64,000 nt of DNA from a virus (Duplodnaviria > Caudoviricetes): IMG/VR virus record IMGVR_UViG_3300021121_000001, positions 32,001 through 96,000 of that record. The stretch is one strand, 5' to 3'. Below are positions 8,874 through 18,291 of this stretch, piece by piece (the first letter of the stretch is position 1; each line of letters opens with the position of its first letter). Under the pieces are notes generated by a model. The model saw only the letters and a program-made list of their open reading frames with translations. It was not told where the DNA came from and did not search any database. The position numbers were made by a program, and so were the translations under genes.

Positions 8874-9608
8874 TTATTTTAAATAGTGAACAATAAGTCC
8901 TGTTAAAATAGCCCCTACAGGTATTCCAATACCAAGTCCTATAAACAATGTCTTTGTCTGTTTAGATATTTTTGGTTTTACAACTATATTTTTTACATCT
9001 TCTGTCTCCACTTTTGGATTGGAAAAATGTATTTTAACCACTGGTTCTGTTTTAAACAGAGACTTTTTCTGGTCTGCAATTGTAATAGTTGTAGTGTTAG
9101 GAATTTTTAAATGATTTATAATCAGTCCCTCTGTTGTTATAGTTTCATCTATTTGAAATGTGCTGTCAATTTTAACAAAATTAGCAGGAAGAGGAAGTGC
9201 TTCAAAAGAATCCAATACACCATGAAGAGAATCTATCACTCTTATAAGATGTTCTGAATTTGAAAATTTGATTGTATCATGTACAATTTTAATTTCTGTT
9301 ACGACTTTTACATAAGACTGAAGATGTGTTGTTCCTGTTTGTTTCTGAATATCCTTAACAGTTTTATTGTCTTTATCTGCCAAAAGTTGAGTTTGTGTAA
9401 TTTCTTTTGTAGAATCTTTTAAAGTTTTTGTTGTAAAGATCATAGAATCCAGAAAGGTTTTATCAACCAATTGACTTTGAAGAGATTTTATATCTCTGGA
9501 TTTTTCACATGATTTTGTACCAAATAAAATTAAAAGGAGCAAAAGTATTATTATTATAGAACCTAAAAAGTAGTCTTTGAAAGTTTCCAGTGATTGAAAT
9601 AGTGTCAT
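8874..9608 (-). CDS. Putative spanin (membrane anchors at both termini)
   Basis: N-terminal hydrophobic stretch followed by KSC, plus a C-terminal TM segment; adjacent to the endolysin. Confidence 0.5.
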   Translation of the reverse strand: MTLFQSLETFKDYFLGSIIIILLLLLILFGTKSCEKSRDIKSLQSQLVDKTFLDSMIFTTKTLKDSTKEITQTQLLADKDNKTVKDIQKQTGTTHLQSYVKVVTEIKIVHDTIKFSNSEHLIRVIDSLHGVLDSFEALPLPANFVKIDSTFQIDETITTEGLIINHLKIPNTTTITIADQKKSLFKTEPVVKIHFSNPKVETEDVKNIVVKPKISKQTKTLFIGLGIGIPVGAILTGLIVHYLK

Positions 9609-9640
9609 ATTTTATAATTTTTAAATTTTTAAAACTCTGA

Positions 9641-9664
9641 CCTCCTCCATATTTCAGGAGGAGG
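9641..9664 (-). terminator. Terminator hairpin
   Basis: CCTCCTCC-atatttca-GGAGGAGG. Confidence 0.65.
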
Positions 9665-9708
9665 CTATGAGAAAGGAGCTAAACCAAAAAAAGCTGCTTT
9701 TTTGTATC

Positions 9709-11283
9709 TTATATTACTTGATATGTAAATGAAAAATAAAATGAATTAACTGCTGTATTTGTTGCGCTGTATTTAAGAAGCACTCTGTTATTTCCAGGAT
9801 CTGCTACAATAGCTGCACATTCTCTTGATACTGCTGGCATCACTGCTGTTCCTCCACATTGATAATCTAAAGTAAAAGCAGAAGAAACTGGGATTGTTAT
9901 TCCAAGAACAGTGTCTGCATTTGCAACAGGATCAATATCAATTTGACCTGAAACTGTAACAACTGCTCCAACTCTCATCCACTGACAAGTATATGTAGTT
10001 GAAGCACTTACATTTGTTATATTTGACGAAACAGGAAGATATACTCCAGAACTAATTATAGTTCCAAAACTTAAATTCTTACTTCCATCTGTTTGCAATG
10101 TTGCACCTGCTGCCCCATCTGCACTTGGAAGAGTAAAACTATTTCCTCTGAATTTAAAAGCTGTCACATCATTAGGAAGAGCAAATTGATAATCTGCTGT
10201 TGCTTCTGCACCAGAACCTAATGCTATTCTATGTATTGCAGTCCCACCACCAGAAGAAGAAGGATTTGCACCATGCCCTACATACGTATTATCGCTTCCT
10301 GAGGTATTATATATGCCTGCTGAAACACCTATTGCTGTATTTTTATATCCTGTATTTGTATTAAATAAACTTTGAAAACCAATACATGTATTATCCATAC
10401 CTGTACTCAATGCAGTTAAAGCACTTGCCCCTATTCCTGTATTTAAAGTAGCAGAAGGAACAGAATCAAAAGAATTCAATCCAAAACTTGTATTAAAATT
10501 AGAAAGATTTATTCTACCAGCTACAGTGTTATTAGTTTTAAAAACAAGATCAGAAGCATCTGTAGTTCCTACAAAATTAGTTCCAGGAGTAGTTCCTGAG
10601 TTTCCTGTAAGAGACCAACTTGTCAAAGCTGTCAAAGAAGAAAGAGGAACATCTGAAGGAGTTGTTGTACCTCCTGATATATTTGCTTTTACAGTGTGAT
10701 CAGCCATTGTAGCCAAAGAAGCATTTGCCACTGTATTTGCAGAAAGTTTAGCTCCATTTATACCTGTAGCAAGTTCTGTATCTGTTACAGATCCTGCAAT
10801 AAGTTTTGCAGAACCATCTATTGAATTAGTAGCTATTTTAGCATTTGTAAGAGAAAGGTTTATTCCCTTAAGACCAAGATCAATAGACCCATTTGGGATA
10901 TTTGCAGAAACATCTATTGTTCCTAAATTTGAAGAACTGATTATATCAGAATCAGCAAAATCCATATGAAGTTCTACATCCCAAGAAGATCCATTCCATG
11001 TAGCTTCAGCATCCCAGTTTTTAACAAGCTGTGCCTGGGTTATGTTAGTTCCAAAAAGTGTAAATGTTTTAGAGTTTGTAGTGATGTCCAGAGTAGCCCT
11101 GTAAACAAATTTATAACTTGTTCCTACAGAAGGAGTTCCTGTTGGAACAATTCCATAATTACCAATAGCTATTGCAGTACCTTGAAAGTAGTATAAGCCA
11201 TAAAGACTTGTAGTGTCAAGTGAAGGAATTTCAGTTCCTGTACCATTAAAAGTGATTACAAGTGTTAATTGATTGAGTGGCAT
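9709..11283 (-). CDS. Tail fibre protein
   Basis: WSLTGNSGT...NFVGTTD..DLVFKTNN segment, NTxIG repeats, TLPSADG, and C-terminal WMRVGAVVTVSG fibre motif. Confidence 0.8.
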   Translation of the reverse strand: MPLNQLTLVITFNGTGTEIPSLDTTSLYGLYYFQGTAIAIGNYGIVPTGTPSVGTSYKFVYRATLDITTNSKTFTLFGTNITQAQLVKNWDAEATWNGSSWDVELHMDFADSDIISSSNLGTIDVSANIPNGSIDLGLKGINLSLTNAKIATNSIDGSAKLIAGSVTDTELATGINGAKLSANTVANASLATMADHTVKANISGGTTTPSDVPLSSLTALTSWSLTGNSGTTPGTNFVGTTDASDLVFKTNNTVAGRINLSNFNTSFGLNSFDSVPSATLNTGIGASALTALSTGMDNTCIGFQSLFNTNTGYKNTAIGVSAGIYNTSGSDNTYVGHGANPSSSGGGTAIHRIALGSGAEATADYQFALPNDVTAFKFRGNSFTLPSADGAAGATLQTDGSKNLSFGTIISSGVYLPVSSNITNVSASTTYTCQWMRVGAVVTVSGQIDIDPVANADTVLGITIPVSSAFTLDYQCGGTAVMPAVSRECAAIVADPGNNRVLLKYSATNTAVNSFYFSFTYQVI

Positions 11284-11286
11284 CTT

Positions 11287-12216
11287 CTATATTTTTCTTT
11301 CTAATTTGATTATTAATTGATCAAGAATAACAGAATCACCATGTGGATCAATAGCTATTCTTACATCATTTGTATTTATAGTTACAGGAGTTGTATATTG
11401 ATAAATCTCAGAAAGATTTGAAACTATACTTTCTCCATATTTAGGAGCACCTGGCTTTGAAAGAAGTGTATCTATTTTTGCATAGTTTTTAAGTTGCAAA
11501 GTACTTGTAGCATCTGCCACAACTGTTGAAATTATTTCAAAATCAGTAATAGAAAAAATATTACAAACTGCCTGACTTCCTCCAATGCTTGTAAATTGAT
11601 TATAAGCAGTGCCATCAGTAATTCTTATTTCCTGTATGTTGCACATAGAAAGATTTCTTCTTATTGTGCCTTTAAATGTAATAATGTCCCCCGCTTTTAG
11701 ACTGTAGCTTGTAAGATCAAGAGATTGGAAATAACCTGTTGTCACTGTAGGAGAATTGAATATATTCAAAAGCACTCCTGATTTTTGACTGTTTGTAACA
11801 GGACTTGCAGCATATTCAATATTGATTGTTCTTCCACAGCTTGTTACAGAACCTGTTGTAACTGTTAGACTGCTTGAAGTTATATCTTTTACAGTTGTTC
11901 CAAGGCAAGTTTCTATTGCAGAAATATCATTTTGTATATTGCTTATTTCTGTAGTTATTGCAGGATCTAAACCTATTACATTACTTGTAACAGTTATTTG
12001 TCCAGATGCTCCTGTATAAACTATACCTGAAGGAGGAGCAATATTACAAATGGCATTATTTATATTTGCCAGAATTGTATCATATGGATCTCCTTTAGTT
12101 GCAGAAATACATGGAAGAGGCAATCCCTGATAAAATACACAATTCCCTTTTATTTGTTGAGGGCATCCACAAAGGTCTTGACATTCACAAGGTTGAGGGC
12201 AATTATTTTGACACAT
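11287..12216 (-). CDS. Cys-rich fibre/virion protein
   Basis: N-terminal C-x8-CVFYxG-x2-LxC module shared with the next two genes. Confidence 0.65.
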   Translation of the reverse strand: MCQNNCPQPCECQDLCGCPQQIKGNCVFYQGLPLPCISATKGDPYDTILANINNAICNIAPPSGIVYTGASGQITVTSNVIGLDPAITTEISNIQNDISAIETCLGTTVKDITSSSLTVTTGSVTSCGRTINIEYAASPVTNSQKSGVLLNIFNSPTVTTGYFQSLDLTSYSLKAGDIITFKGTIRRNLSMCNIQEIRITDGTAYNQFTSIGGSQAVCNIFSITDFEIISTVVADATSTLQLKNYAKIDTLLSKPGAPKYGESIVSNLSEIYQYTTPVTINTNDVRIAIDPHGDSVILDQLIIKLERKI

Positions 12217-12225
12217 TTTAAAAAA

Positions 12226-13038
12226 TTAATTTGTTTCTATTGAAAATCCATCTAATGACAACCACCAATCATCCTGCAAAGATCCTGTATCTTGGGTCAT
12301 TACATAAAGCCAATCTGAAGAAAGAGAAATGCTTCCATCAGACTTAAATATGAATGTCACCCAATATACACGTTGCATTCCTCCACTTAATGTGTACATT
12401 CCTATTGGAACAAGTCTTGTAAATTGAGGTTTGAAAGAAGTTGACACCAATGTATTACTAACAAGCATTACAGGTATTTGAACATCTCCTGTTAAAAGTC
12501 CGGCAGGTACTTTTACAATTCCTCTAAACCATATTTTTCTAATTACGGCTCCACAATATTCAACTGCATATTGAGGATTTTGTCCAACTCCAAGACTTGT
12601 TGAAGTATCTCCGCTTACAATATGCATTGCTCCAGGAACTTGAAAAGCCTCTTGAAGAACAAGGTCATGCCATTGCAGAAGAGAGCAGCTTGAAGAAGAA
12701 GCATCAAGTCTGAGGGTTTTACAATTTCCATTTGTAACAACAGTTTTTGTAATTCCTGTTCCTACAACTATTTTATCATTTAAATATCCGCAGCAAGCAT
12801 CTCCTGAATCTATTCTTGTTCCAAGTTTAGAATCTATTTTACCAAGACTTACTGAAATAGTGTCTCCATAATTTACTCCTGAACATGTCAGATTAGACCC
12901 TGAATAGAATACACAATTAGAAGGCAATATATCTGTACAGGTTACTTCTGGAGGACATGGGCCATTGCATTTAGTAGCACCAATTAAACTTGGAGTTTGA
13001 CTAACTATACTTTGTTGACATTCGGGGCAATTAGACAT
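12226..13038 (-). CDS. Cys-rich fibre/virion protein
   Basis: Shared CVFYxG module, GYLNDKIVVG repeat and a C-terminal fibre-tip-like domain. Confidence 0.65.
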   Translation of the reverse strand: MSNCPECQQSIVSQTPSLIGATKCNGPCPPEVTCTDILPSNCVFYSGSNLTCSGVNYGDTISVSLGKIDSKLGTRIDSGDACCGYLNDKIVVGTGITKTVVTNGNCKTLRLDASSSSCSLLQWHDLVLQEAFQVPGAMHIVSGDTSTSLGVGQNPQYAVEYCGAVIRKIWFRGIVKVPAGLLTGDVQIPVMLVSNTLVSTSFKPQFTRLVPIGMYTLSGGMQRVYWVTFIFKSDGSISLSSDWLYVMTQDTGSLQDDWWLSLDGFSIETN

Positions 13039-13048
13039 TTTTTAATTA

Positions 13049-13711
13049 TTAGCAGTTAGGTAAACAATATGTTTTAGCTGTTATAGTGGCTATATTTTGT
13101 TGCAAAGTCAAATTAGCAGCTAACAAACTTGAAACCTGTGTAGCTAGAAAATCAACCTGACTTTGCAAAGAATTTATTTGAGATTGAGCTGTACTTGCCA
13201 AAGTTGTTGCATTGTCAGCAGCAGTTCTAGCAGCACATACACATGAAACTAATGTATTTATAATAGATTTTAGGTCATATTGTTGTGGACCTGTTCCACA
13301 ATTAGTAGCGCAGCAGCAAAGATTAACATCTGTATAAATAGGATTTATATTCTGGATAGATTGTATAATTCCATCTATTTGAGATTGCTGACCACAGGTG
13401 AGTCCACCAAGATATGAAAATAATCCTTTTATTGTTTTATCATCATAATATTTCCAGCCTTGTGTAATACCTGAAGCACATGGGGCAGGAAAGACAAAAC
13501 TTGTAACGTCCAAAGATGTATCTATACTGCATATTTCACCAAATAGGTTTGCTACAACATCAGTGATGCTGCTATCTCTGCAAATTTGAAAATTTGGATC
13601 AGAGGGGCATGTTAAAGTATCTCCTTTATAAAAAACACAATTCGAACTTACAGGAGGGTTACATCTTGAATATGTAGTTGAACTATTATCACAACCTGGG
13701 CAATTACTCAT
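13049..13711 (-). CDS. Cys-rich fibre/virion protein with coiled coil
   Basis: Shared CVFYxG module; 17 Cys in 220 aa; C-terminal heptad repeats. Confidence 0.65.
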   Translation of the reverse strand: MSNCPGCDNSSTTYSRCNPPVSSNCVFYKGDTLTCPSDPNFQICRDSSITDVVANLFGEICSIDTSLDVTSFVFPAPCASGITQGWKYYDDKTIKGLFSYLGGLTCGQQSQIDGIIQSIQNINPIYTDVNLCCCATNCGTGPQQYDLKSIINTLVSCVCAARTAADNATTLASTAQSQINSLQSQVDFLATQVSSLLAANLTLQQNIATITAKTYCLPNC

Positions 13712-13712
13712 C

Positions 13713-13973
13713 TTAACACTGGTTTAATTTATTTTTAATTAAAGTTACAACATCCTCTATTTTAATATCATCATAGCAACTGTGACATTTTAGAATTTTT
13801 TCAAGGATGTTATGAATATCTAAAAGGTCTGTATAATCAGAAGCTTTACTTTTTATACCAAGATTATAAACACTGTTTTTGTAATCCCTTGTAGAAACAA
13901 GAGCTATTTTATTGTCAACTTCTTTAAGAAGTCCACATATAAATTTTTCATTATAATTAATATCTGTGTTCAT
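13713..13973 (-). CDS. Hypothetical virion protein
   Basis: ORF track 13713..13988; likely start MNTDI. Confidence 0.6.
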   Translation of the reverse strand: MNTDINYNEKFICGLLKEVDNKIALVSTRDYKNSVYNLGIKSKASDYTDLLDIHNILEKILKCHSCYDDIKIEDVVTLIKNKLNQC

Positions 13974-14511
13974 GGCAATCGCACTCAATTAACAAATCAA
14001 GAATTTTGTCAGCAGCTTTATAAAGTTTGCCTGCCTCCTTCACATTACAAGAAGCAGCATTTACTTTAACGCCATAGATATACACTCTTGCTCTTTCAAG
14101 TTTTTCTAATTTTTCAGGAGAAAAACAAGCTTCACAAGGCTGTACATTAAGTTTCAAAAAAGCTTTGTCATATTTGCACTCCAGCAGGCAGGTTCTATAC
14201 CAGGTTTTCTCAAACCAGTATTGCTCTTCAGGACATATACTTATTTTAGCAGTGTATAGTCCATCAGGAAGAGTTGTAAGTAGATCAAGATCAAGAACAT
14301 TTGTAATACCAAGAGTATTACTATTTAGAATTGTAACAGCATTTTTGTAGAAATTTAGCTGTACAGGAGTGTTATCAAAAGGAGTGATCACTTGCAAACT
14401 TGCATTTGCAACAGTTTGACTTGAACTGTAAAACGAAGTGTCATATAGTCCTAATGTTTTACAGTTATTTGTGTCAAGTATATCAAAAGATAATTTAGTA
14501 CTTTGAATCAT
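13957..14511 (-). CDS. Putative tail hub/structural protein
   Basis: LPDGLY motif, Cys-rich C-terminus, structural operon context. Confidence 0.55.
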   Translation of the reverse strand: MIQSTKLSFDILDTNNCKTLGLYDTSFYSSSQTVANASLQVITPFDNTPVQLNFYKNAVTILNSNTLGITNVLDLDLLTTLPDGLYTAKISICPEEQYWFEKTWYRTCLLECKYDKAFLKLNVQPCEACFSPEKLEKLERARVYIYGVKVNAASCNVKEAGKLYKAADKILDLLIECDCHEHRY

Positions 14512-14621
14512 TTCTTTTTTCTCTCTATTACAATTTTAAATCTTTTTGTTCTGCATTTAGGACATTTTCCTCCTATGCACTCACACCCACAACCCACGAC
14601 ATGACCACATGAACATCTCAT
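14508..14621 (-). CDS. 37 aa Cys-rich peptide (not in ORF track)
   Basis: MRCSCGHVVGCGCECIGGKCPKCRTKRFKIVIERKKK; its TGA overlaps ATG 14511. Confidence 0.7.
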   Translation of the reverse strand: MRCSCGHVVGCGCECIGGKCPKCRTKRFKIVIERKKK

Positions 14622-14658
14622 AACTAATTGATTTTATTTGGTTTATAAATATCATAAA

Positions 14659-15078
14659 TTAACAACTTGGAAACAATACCGGTAGAGGTATAGATACCAA
14701 AGTCACACCTATTGTCTGAGAACTATTTGTTGGTAGAAATAATTCTAAAGTTACATCATATGTACCATCTCCAAAAAAACTAGGAACATGAAAAGTCATT
14801 TCATTTGAATCATTCCAAGTTACAGTGGTGAGAACAACATTAAAAGGTGCTCCAAAATTCCAATATAAACTTACCTGACCTTCTCCAAGAAGGTTAACAG
14901 CATGATCCAAAGTAACTGTCATTATATAATCTCCATCTCCACAAACAGCAGTTATATTCTTTACATTCAAAGTGCAACATGGAGAAAGTATTTCTGAAAT
15001 TGCTTTATAAATAGTTTTATTAACCAGATTTTTTATGAATGCAAGAATGCTTTGTTTTTTAGGTGTTGTAATTGTCAT
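14659..15078 (-). CDS. Putative head fibre/decoration protein
   Basis: N-terminus paralogous to 15093..15539 (SILAFxKNxVxKxxYKxIxxxLxPCC); beta-rich C-terminus. Confidence 0.5.
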   Translation of the reverse strand: MTITTPKKQSILAFIKNLVNKTIYKAISEILSPCCTLNVKNITAVCGDGDYIMTVTLDHAVNLLGEGQVSLYWNFGAPFNVVLTTVTWNDSNEMTFHVPSFFGDGTYDVTLELFLPTNSSQTIGVTLVSIPLPVLFPSC

Positions 15079-15092
15079 GATTTTTTTAATTT

Positions 15093-15539
15093 TTAGTCAC
15101 AGTTTGGAACAGTCAAAACATGAGCGATACTTCTATGAACTACATCTAAATCTAAAGGAAGCAAAGTTACAACTACAGACATAGTGAAGGGATTTGGTCT
15201 GCTTCCACCATCAAAAGAGGATTGAAGATTTCCATTCCAATGCCCACTGGCATCTAAAGTTATAGTTTTTATAACACCTCCTGTAGGGTAATCAACAGAT
15301 GTTAAAAACAACTCCACTGTTCTTCCTGCAAAAGTTACATCTGTTATTGTAACATTATTAAAAATTATTCCAAAAACATCCCCTGTAAAACCACATGAAA
15401 ATGTGTCAAATATCACTGTTGTCTTACAACAAGGATTCAAAAGAACCTCTATATCTTTATAAACTTTTTTAGAAACAATATTTTTTACAAAAGCAAGAAT
15501 AGAATTCTTAATATTTGACTTTGAAGAAATAAATGCCAT
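15093..15539 (-). CDS. Putative head fibre/decoration protein
   Basis: Same paralogous N-terminal module as 14659..15078. Confidence 0.5.
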   Translation of the reverse strand: MAFISSKSNIKNSILAFVKNIVSKKVYKDIEVLLNPCCKTTVIFDTFSCGFTGDVFGIIFNNVTITDVTFAGRTVELFLTSVDYPTGGVIKTITLDASGHWNGNLQSSFDGGSRPNPFTMSVVVTLLPLDLDVVHRSIAHVLTVPNCD

Positions 15540-15570
15540 TTTATTTAATGTATTTAATTTAATTAAAATA

Positions 15571-15611
15571 AAAAAGGAGGTGAGGTTTTAAGTACCCTCA
15601 ACCTCCTTTTT
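15571..15611 (-). terminator. Intrinsic terminator (potentially bidirectional)
   Basis: AAAAAGGAGGTGAGG...CCTCAACCTCCTTTTT. Confidence 0.8.
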
Positions 15612-15633
15612 GGGTTAATATTTAGTAAGAATA

Positions 15634-17589
15634 TTATATTACTTCAAGAGCAAGTGGAGAATTTGCTGCTACAAAAGCAGAGATTGTTGATTCATATTCT
15701 GAACCTGAACCCACTGGGAAGAATACACTCAATTCAAATACTTGTTTTTGACTTGTTCCAAAACCACTTACAGCAGAAGCTTCAGCAGGGAATGTTTCAA
15801 ATTCAAGGATGTATTGGTCATAGATACCATCCAGATCAATTCCAAGTTCATAATCAAATGCATCTCTTTCTGCTGCATTCTTTCTCCAAGGCTGGTTGAA
15901 TTGGAAGTTAGAATCAATTACTTGATCAGCAACTACACGACCTTTACCTTTTGGATATTTAACATTCTTGATCAGAGTATGAGGAACATCAGTTTCACAA
16001 AGAACTGAGTAGTCATTAGGATCAGGATTTCTTGTAGACAGAGTGATGAACAAAGGTTCAAATTCATAAGCCACTTGTTTCAAGAAACATTCTTTAGCTT
16101 TTCTTTGCTCATATACAGATTCAAAACGAATACCTGTTACACAACCTGTTCCATAATTCAAACCTGGAACTTCCGTCCAAACCAAACCATTAAAAGGAGC
16201 TGGAGCTTCAAAATGCCATTCTACCTGTGCACATTTTTCAAAATCTTTATTTGTAGATTCTACAGTGAGAGAGTATTGAGAAACACAAGTGTCTGCATTT
16301 GTAGTTACAAGACTAACACCCATTCCATAAACAGCTTGAAGAGCTGAGAGAGTATTACCTGTGCAGTCATTAAGAATGCTTATTACAAATTGTTTTTCAG
16401 CAGCAGTACCTTCTTTGCAAGAATGGAAAGTATAAGTTAGAGGAGAGTTTGCAGTACATACAGATTGGTCAGTTGCAATTTGTACAACAGAGTCTGCAAG
16501 AAGAGCAGTTACAGCAGTTCCGGCAGCAACAACTATTTTAATATTTGCTGTAGAACCATTATAAGAAAGGAATTCTTGAGCAGTTGCAGAATATGCAGCA
16601 CCTACTGTAGCAGCATAAGTAGCTCTTGCGCCAGAGGTAGTGAAGTTTTCTGTACCAGCAAGAGGTCTTGCTACAACCCAAATATCTGTTGCAGGCTGTG
16701 AAGTGTATCCAGAAGGACAACCTGAAGGACAAGTATCACATGTAACCAGAACTGGATTTGGATTTATAACTACAGGAGCAGGAGTTACACTAAGAATAGC
16801 ACCTGCAAATACTGTTTCATATGTAGAGAAAATACCTTCTCTTTTTACACGTTTGATTATTTGACCTGGATTAGAAGCTTCTACAGCAGCTTGAGCTACA
16901 CCAAGAGCAGCAAGATCACCAGCATCAGGAATTGTTATTGTCCATACACTATAAGTAGTTGTAGGCAAACCTGATGGAGTGTCACAATGTACAAGCTTAG
17001 TAGCTTTTACATAATCTGTGATTAGTTGACCACCAATGAGTTTTCTTGTACTGAAAGCATCAAGAACTGCATCTGCTACAATGTTTTGATCAAAATAGTC
17101 ACCACAGGTATCTACGCAATCAGATACACAAGGAAGTTGAACAGTGAATTGTTCAGTCCATGTTGCATAGTGAGTTTTAGGAGAATCTCCCAAAAGGTTT
17201 GCTATTGGAGCACCTGAGAGAGTAACCCAGTATGTAAATGATTTACCTTGTTTAACAGTGAGACCTTTTGTAGTGTCTACACCATCATAACCAAGAGTTA
17301 CAACCATTCCAGAACCTTCTTGTCCAGATACTTTCTTCCAAGACTTTACAGCTCCACCTTGGATTACACTTGATTTAAAAGTGTGGTTGCTTTTTGCAAC
17401 ACCATGTGGGTATATTACATCAGGAGTACCTTGAGCAACAAGGATTGATTTAGCAGTGAGACCACTTGTAGCTTGATATGTTTTACCATCAAATACACCA
17501 ATCTGACCAATTCCCAAATCTACAGTTGTTCCAGATGATGGGAGGTCTGATGTACTGGCTGCAAATACGTAACGATAACTATTTACCAT
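15634..17589 (-). CDS. crAss-like auxiliary capsid/structural protein
   Basis: 651 aa; GQIGVFD N-terminal motif; position after MCP and ring genes; followed by a strong terminator. Confidence 0.6.
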   Translation of the reverse strand: MVNSYRYVFAASTSDLPSSGTTVDLGIGQIGVFDGKTYQATSGLTAKSILVAQGTPDVIYPHGVAKSNHTFKSSVIQGGAVKSWKKVSGQEGSGMVVTLGYDGVDTTKGLTVKQGKSFTYWVTLSGAPIANLLGDSPKTHYATWTEQFTVQLPCVSDCVDTCGDYFDQNIVADAVLDAFSTRKLIGGQLITDYVKATKLVHCDTPSGLPTTTYSVWTITIPDAGDLAALGVAQAAVEASNPGQIIKRVKREGIFSTYETVFAGAILSVTPAPVVINPNPVLVTCDTCPSGCPSGYTSQPATDIWVVARPLAGTENFTTSGARATYAATVGAAYSATAQEFLSYNGSTANIKIVVAAGTAVTALLADSVVQIATDQSVCTANSPLTYTFHSCKEGTAAEKQFVISILNDCTGNTLSALQAVYGMGVSLVTTNADTCVSQYSLTVESTNKDFEKCAQVEWHFEAPAPFNGLVWTEVPGLNYGTGCVTGIRFESVYEQRKAKECFLKQVAYEFEPLFITLSTRNPDPNDYSVLCETDVPHTLIKNVKYPKGKGRVVADQVIDSNFQFNQPWRKNAAERDAFDYELGIDLDGIYDQYILEFETFPAEASAVSGFGTSQKQVFELSVFFPVGSGSEYESTISAFVAANSPLALEVI

Positions 17590-17619
17590 TTTTTGTTTAT
17601 TTTAAAATTTTTGTTTAAT

Positions 17620-18285
17620 TTATTCTTGTGAGTTAGTTCTATCTTTAGCAATGTTAAGATTATTTGGATCTTGGAAGTCTCTCATGAACTCTTCTGCTGC
17701 CAAGTTTATAATCTGATCAACATATTGTTCTGAAATTTCTATTCCTATATTAGTGGAAGGAGAACCATCCAAATGTGTATAGCCTTCTATATCTATATTA
17801 GGAATAACTTTGTAGTATTCAATTGTTAAATTATTAACAACAAAGTCATCTCTATACACTCTTATATATCCTCCTTGAAGAGAGCAAAAGCTCCATTCAA
17901 AATCAAAATCAGGTTTATAATTTAAATTGAATCTCAGAGTGTTCTTGTCGTGATTTTTTACTTCCCTTAAAAAGATTGTTTTTCTACAAGATTCTCTTTG
18001 GGCTTCACAATTTGCAAGAATCAATTCATAAAAATCAAAGGGTATTTCAAATTCTGTATATCCATCAATGTTTATACCATTTGTTAGATTTACAGTTTTA
18101 ACTATCTCCCAGATTGAATCTATTAGAATAGAATCTTTATCTTTGAGATGGCTTTCAACCCACCTGTTTTTTACTTCATTAAATATAAGAACAAACCTAT
18201 CCTTGTCAATGGCAATATTCCCCTGACTGTTTCCTTTATTTACTTTTAAAAGAAACTTTATGTATATAAGTTCTGGAGATACCAT
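17620..18285 (-). CDS. crAss-like ring (head-tail connector) protein
   Basis: IEYYKVIP...EISEQYVDQIINLAAE motif; conserved synteny. Confidence 0.6.
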   Translation of the reverse strand: MVSPELIYIKFLLKVNKGNSQGNIAIDKDRFVLIFNEVKNRWVESHLKDKDSILIDSIWEIVKTVNLTNGINIDGYTEFEIPFDFYELILANCEAQRESCRKTIFLREVKNHDKNTLRFNLNYKPDFDFEWSFCSLQGGYIRVYRDDFVVNNLTIEYYKVIPNIDIEGYTHLDGSPSTNIGIEISEQYVDQIINLAAEEFMRDFQDPNNLNIAKDRTNSQE

Positions 18286-18291
18286 TTAACA

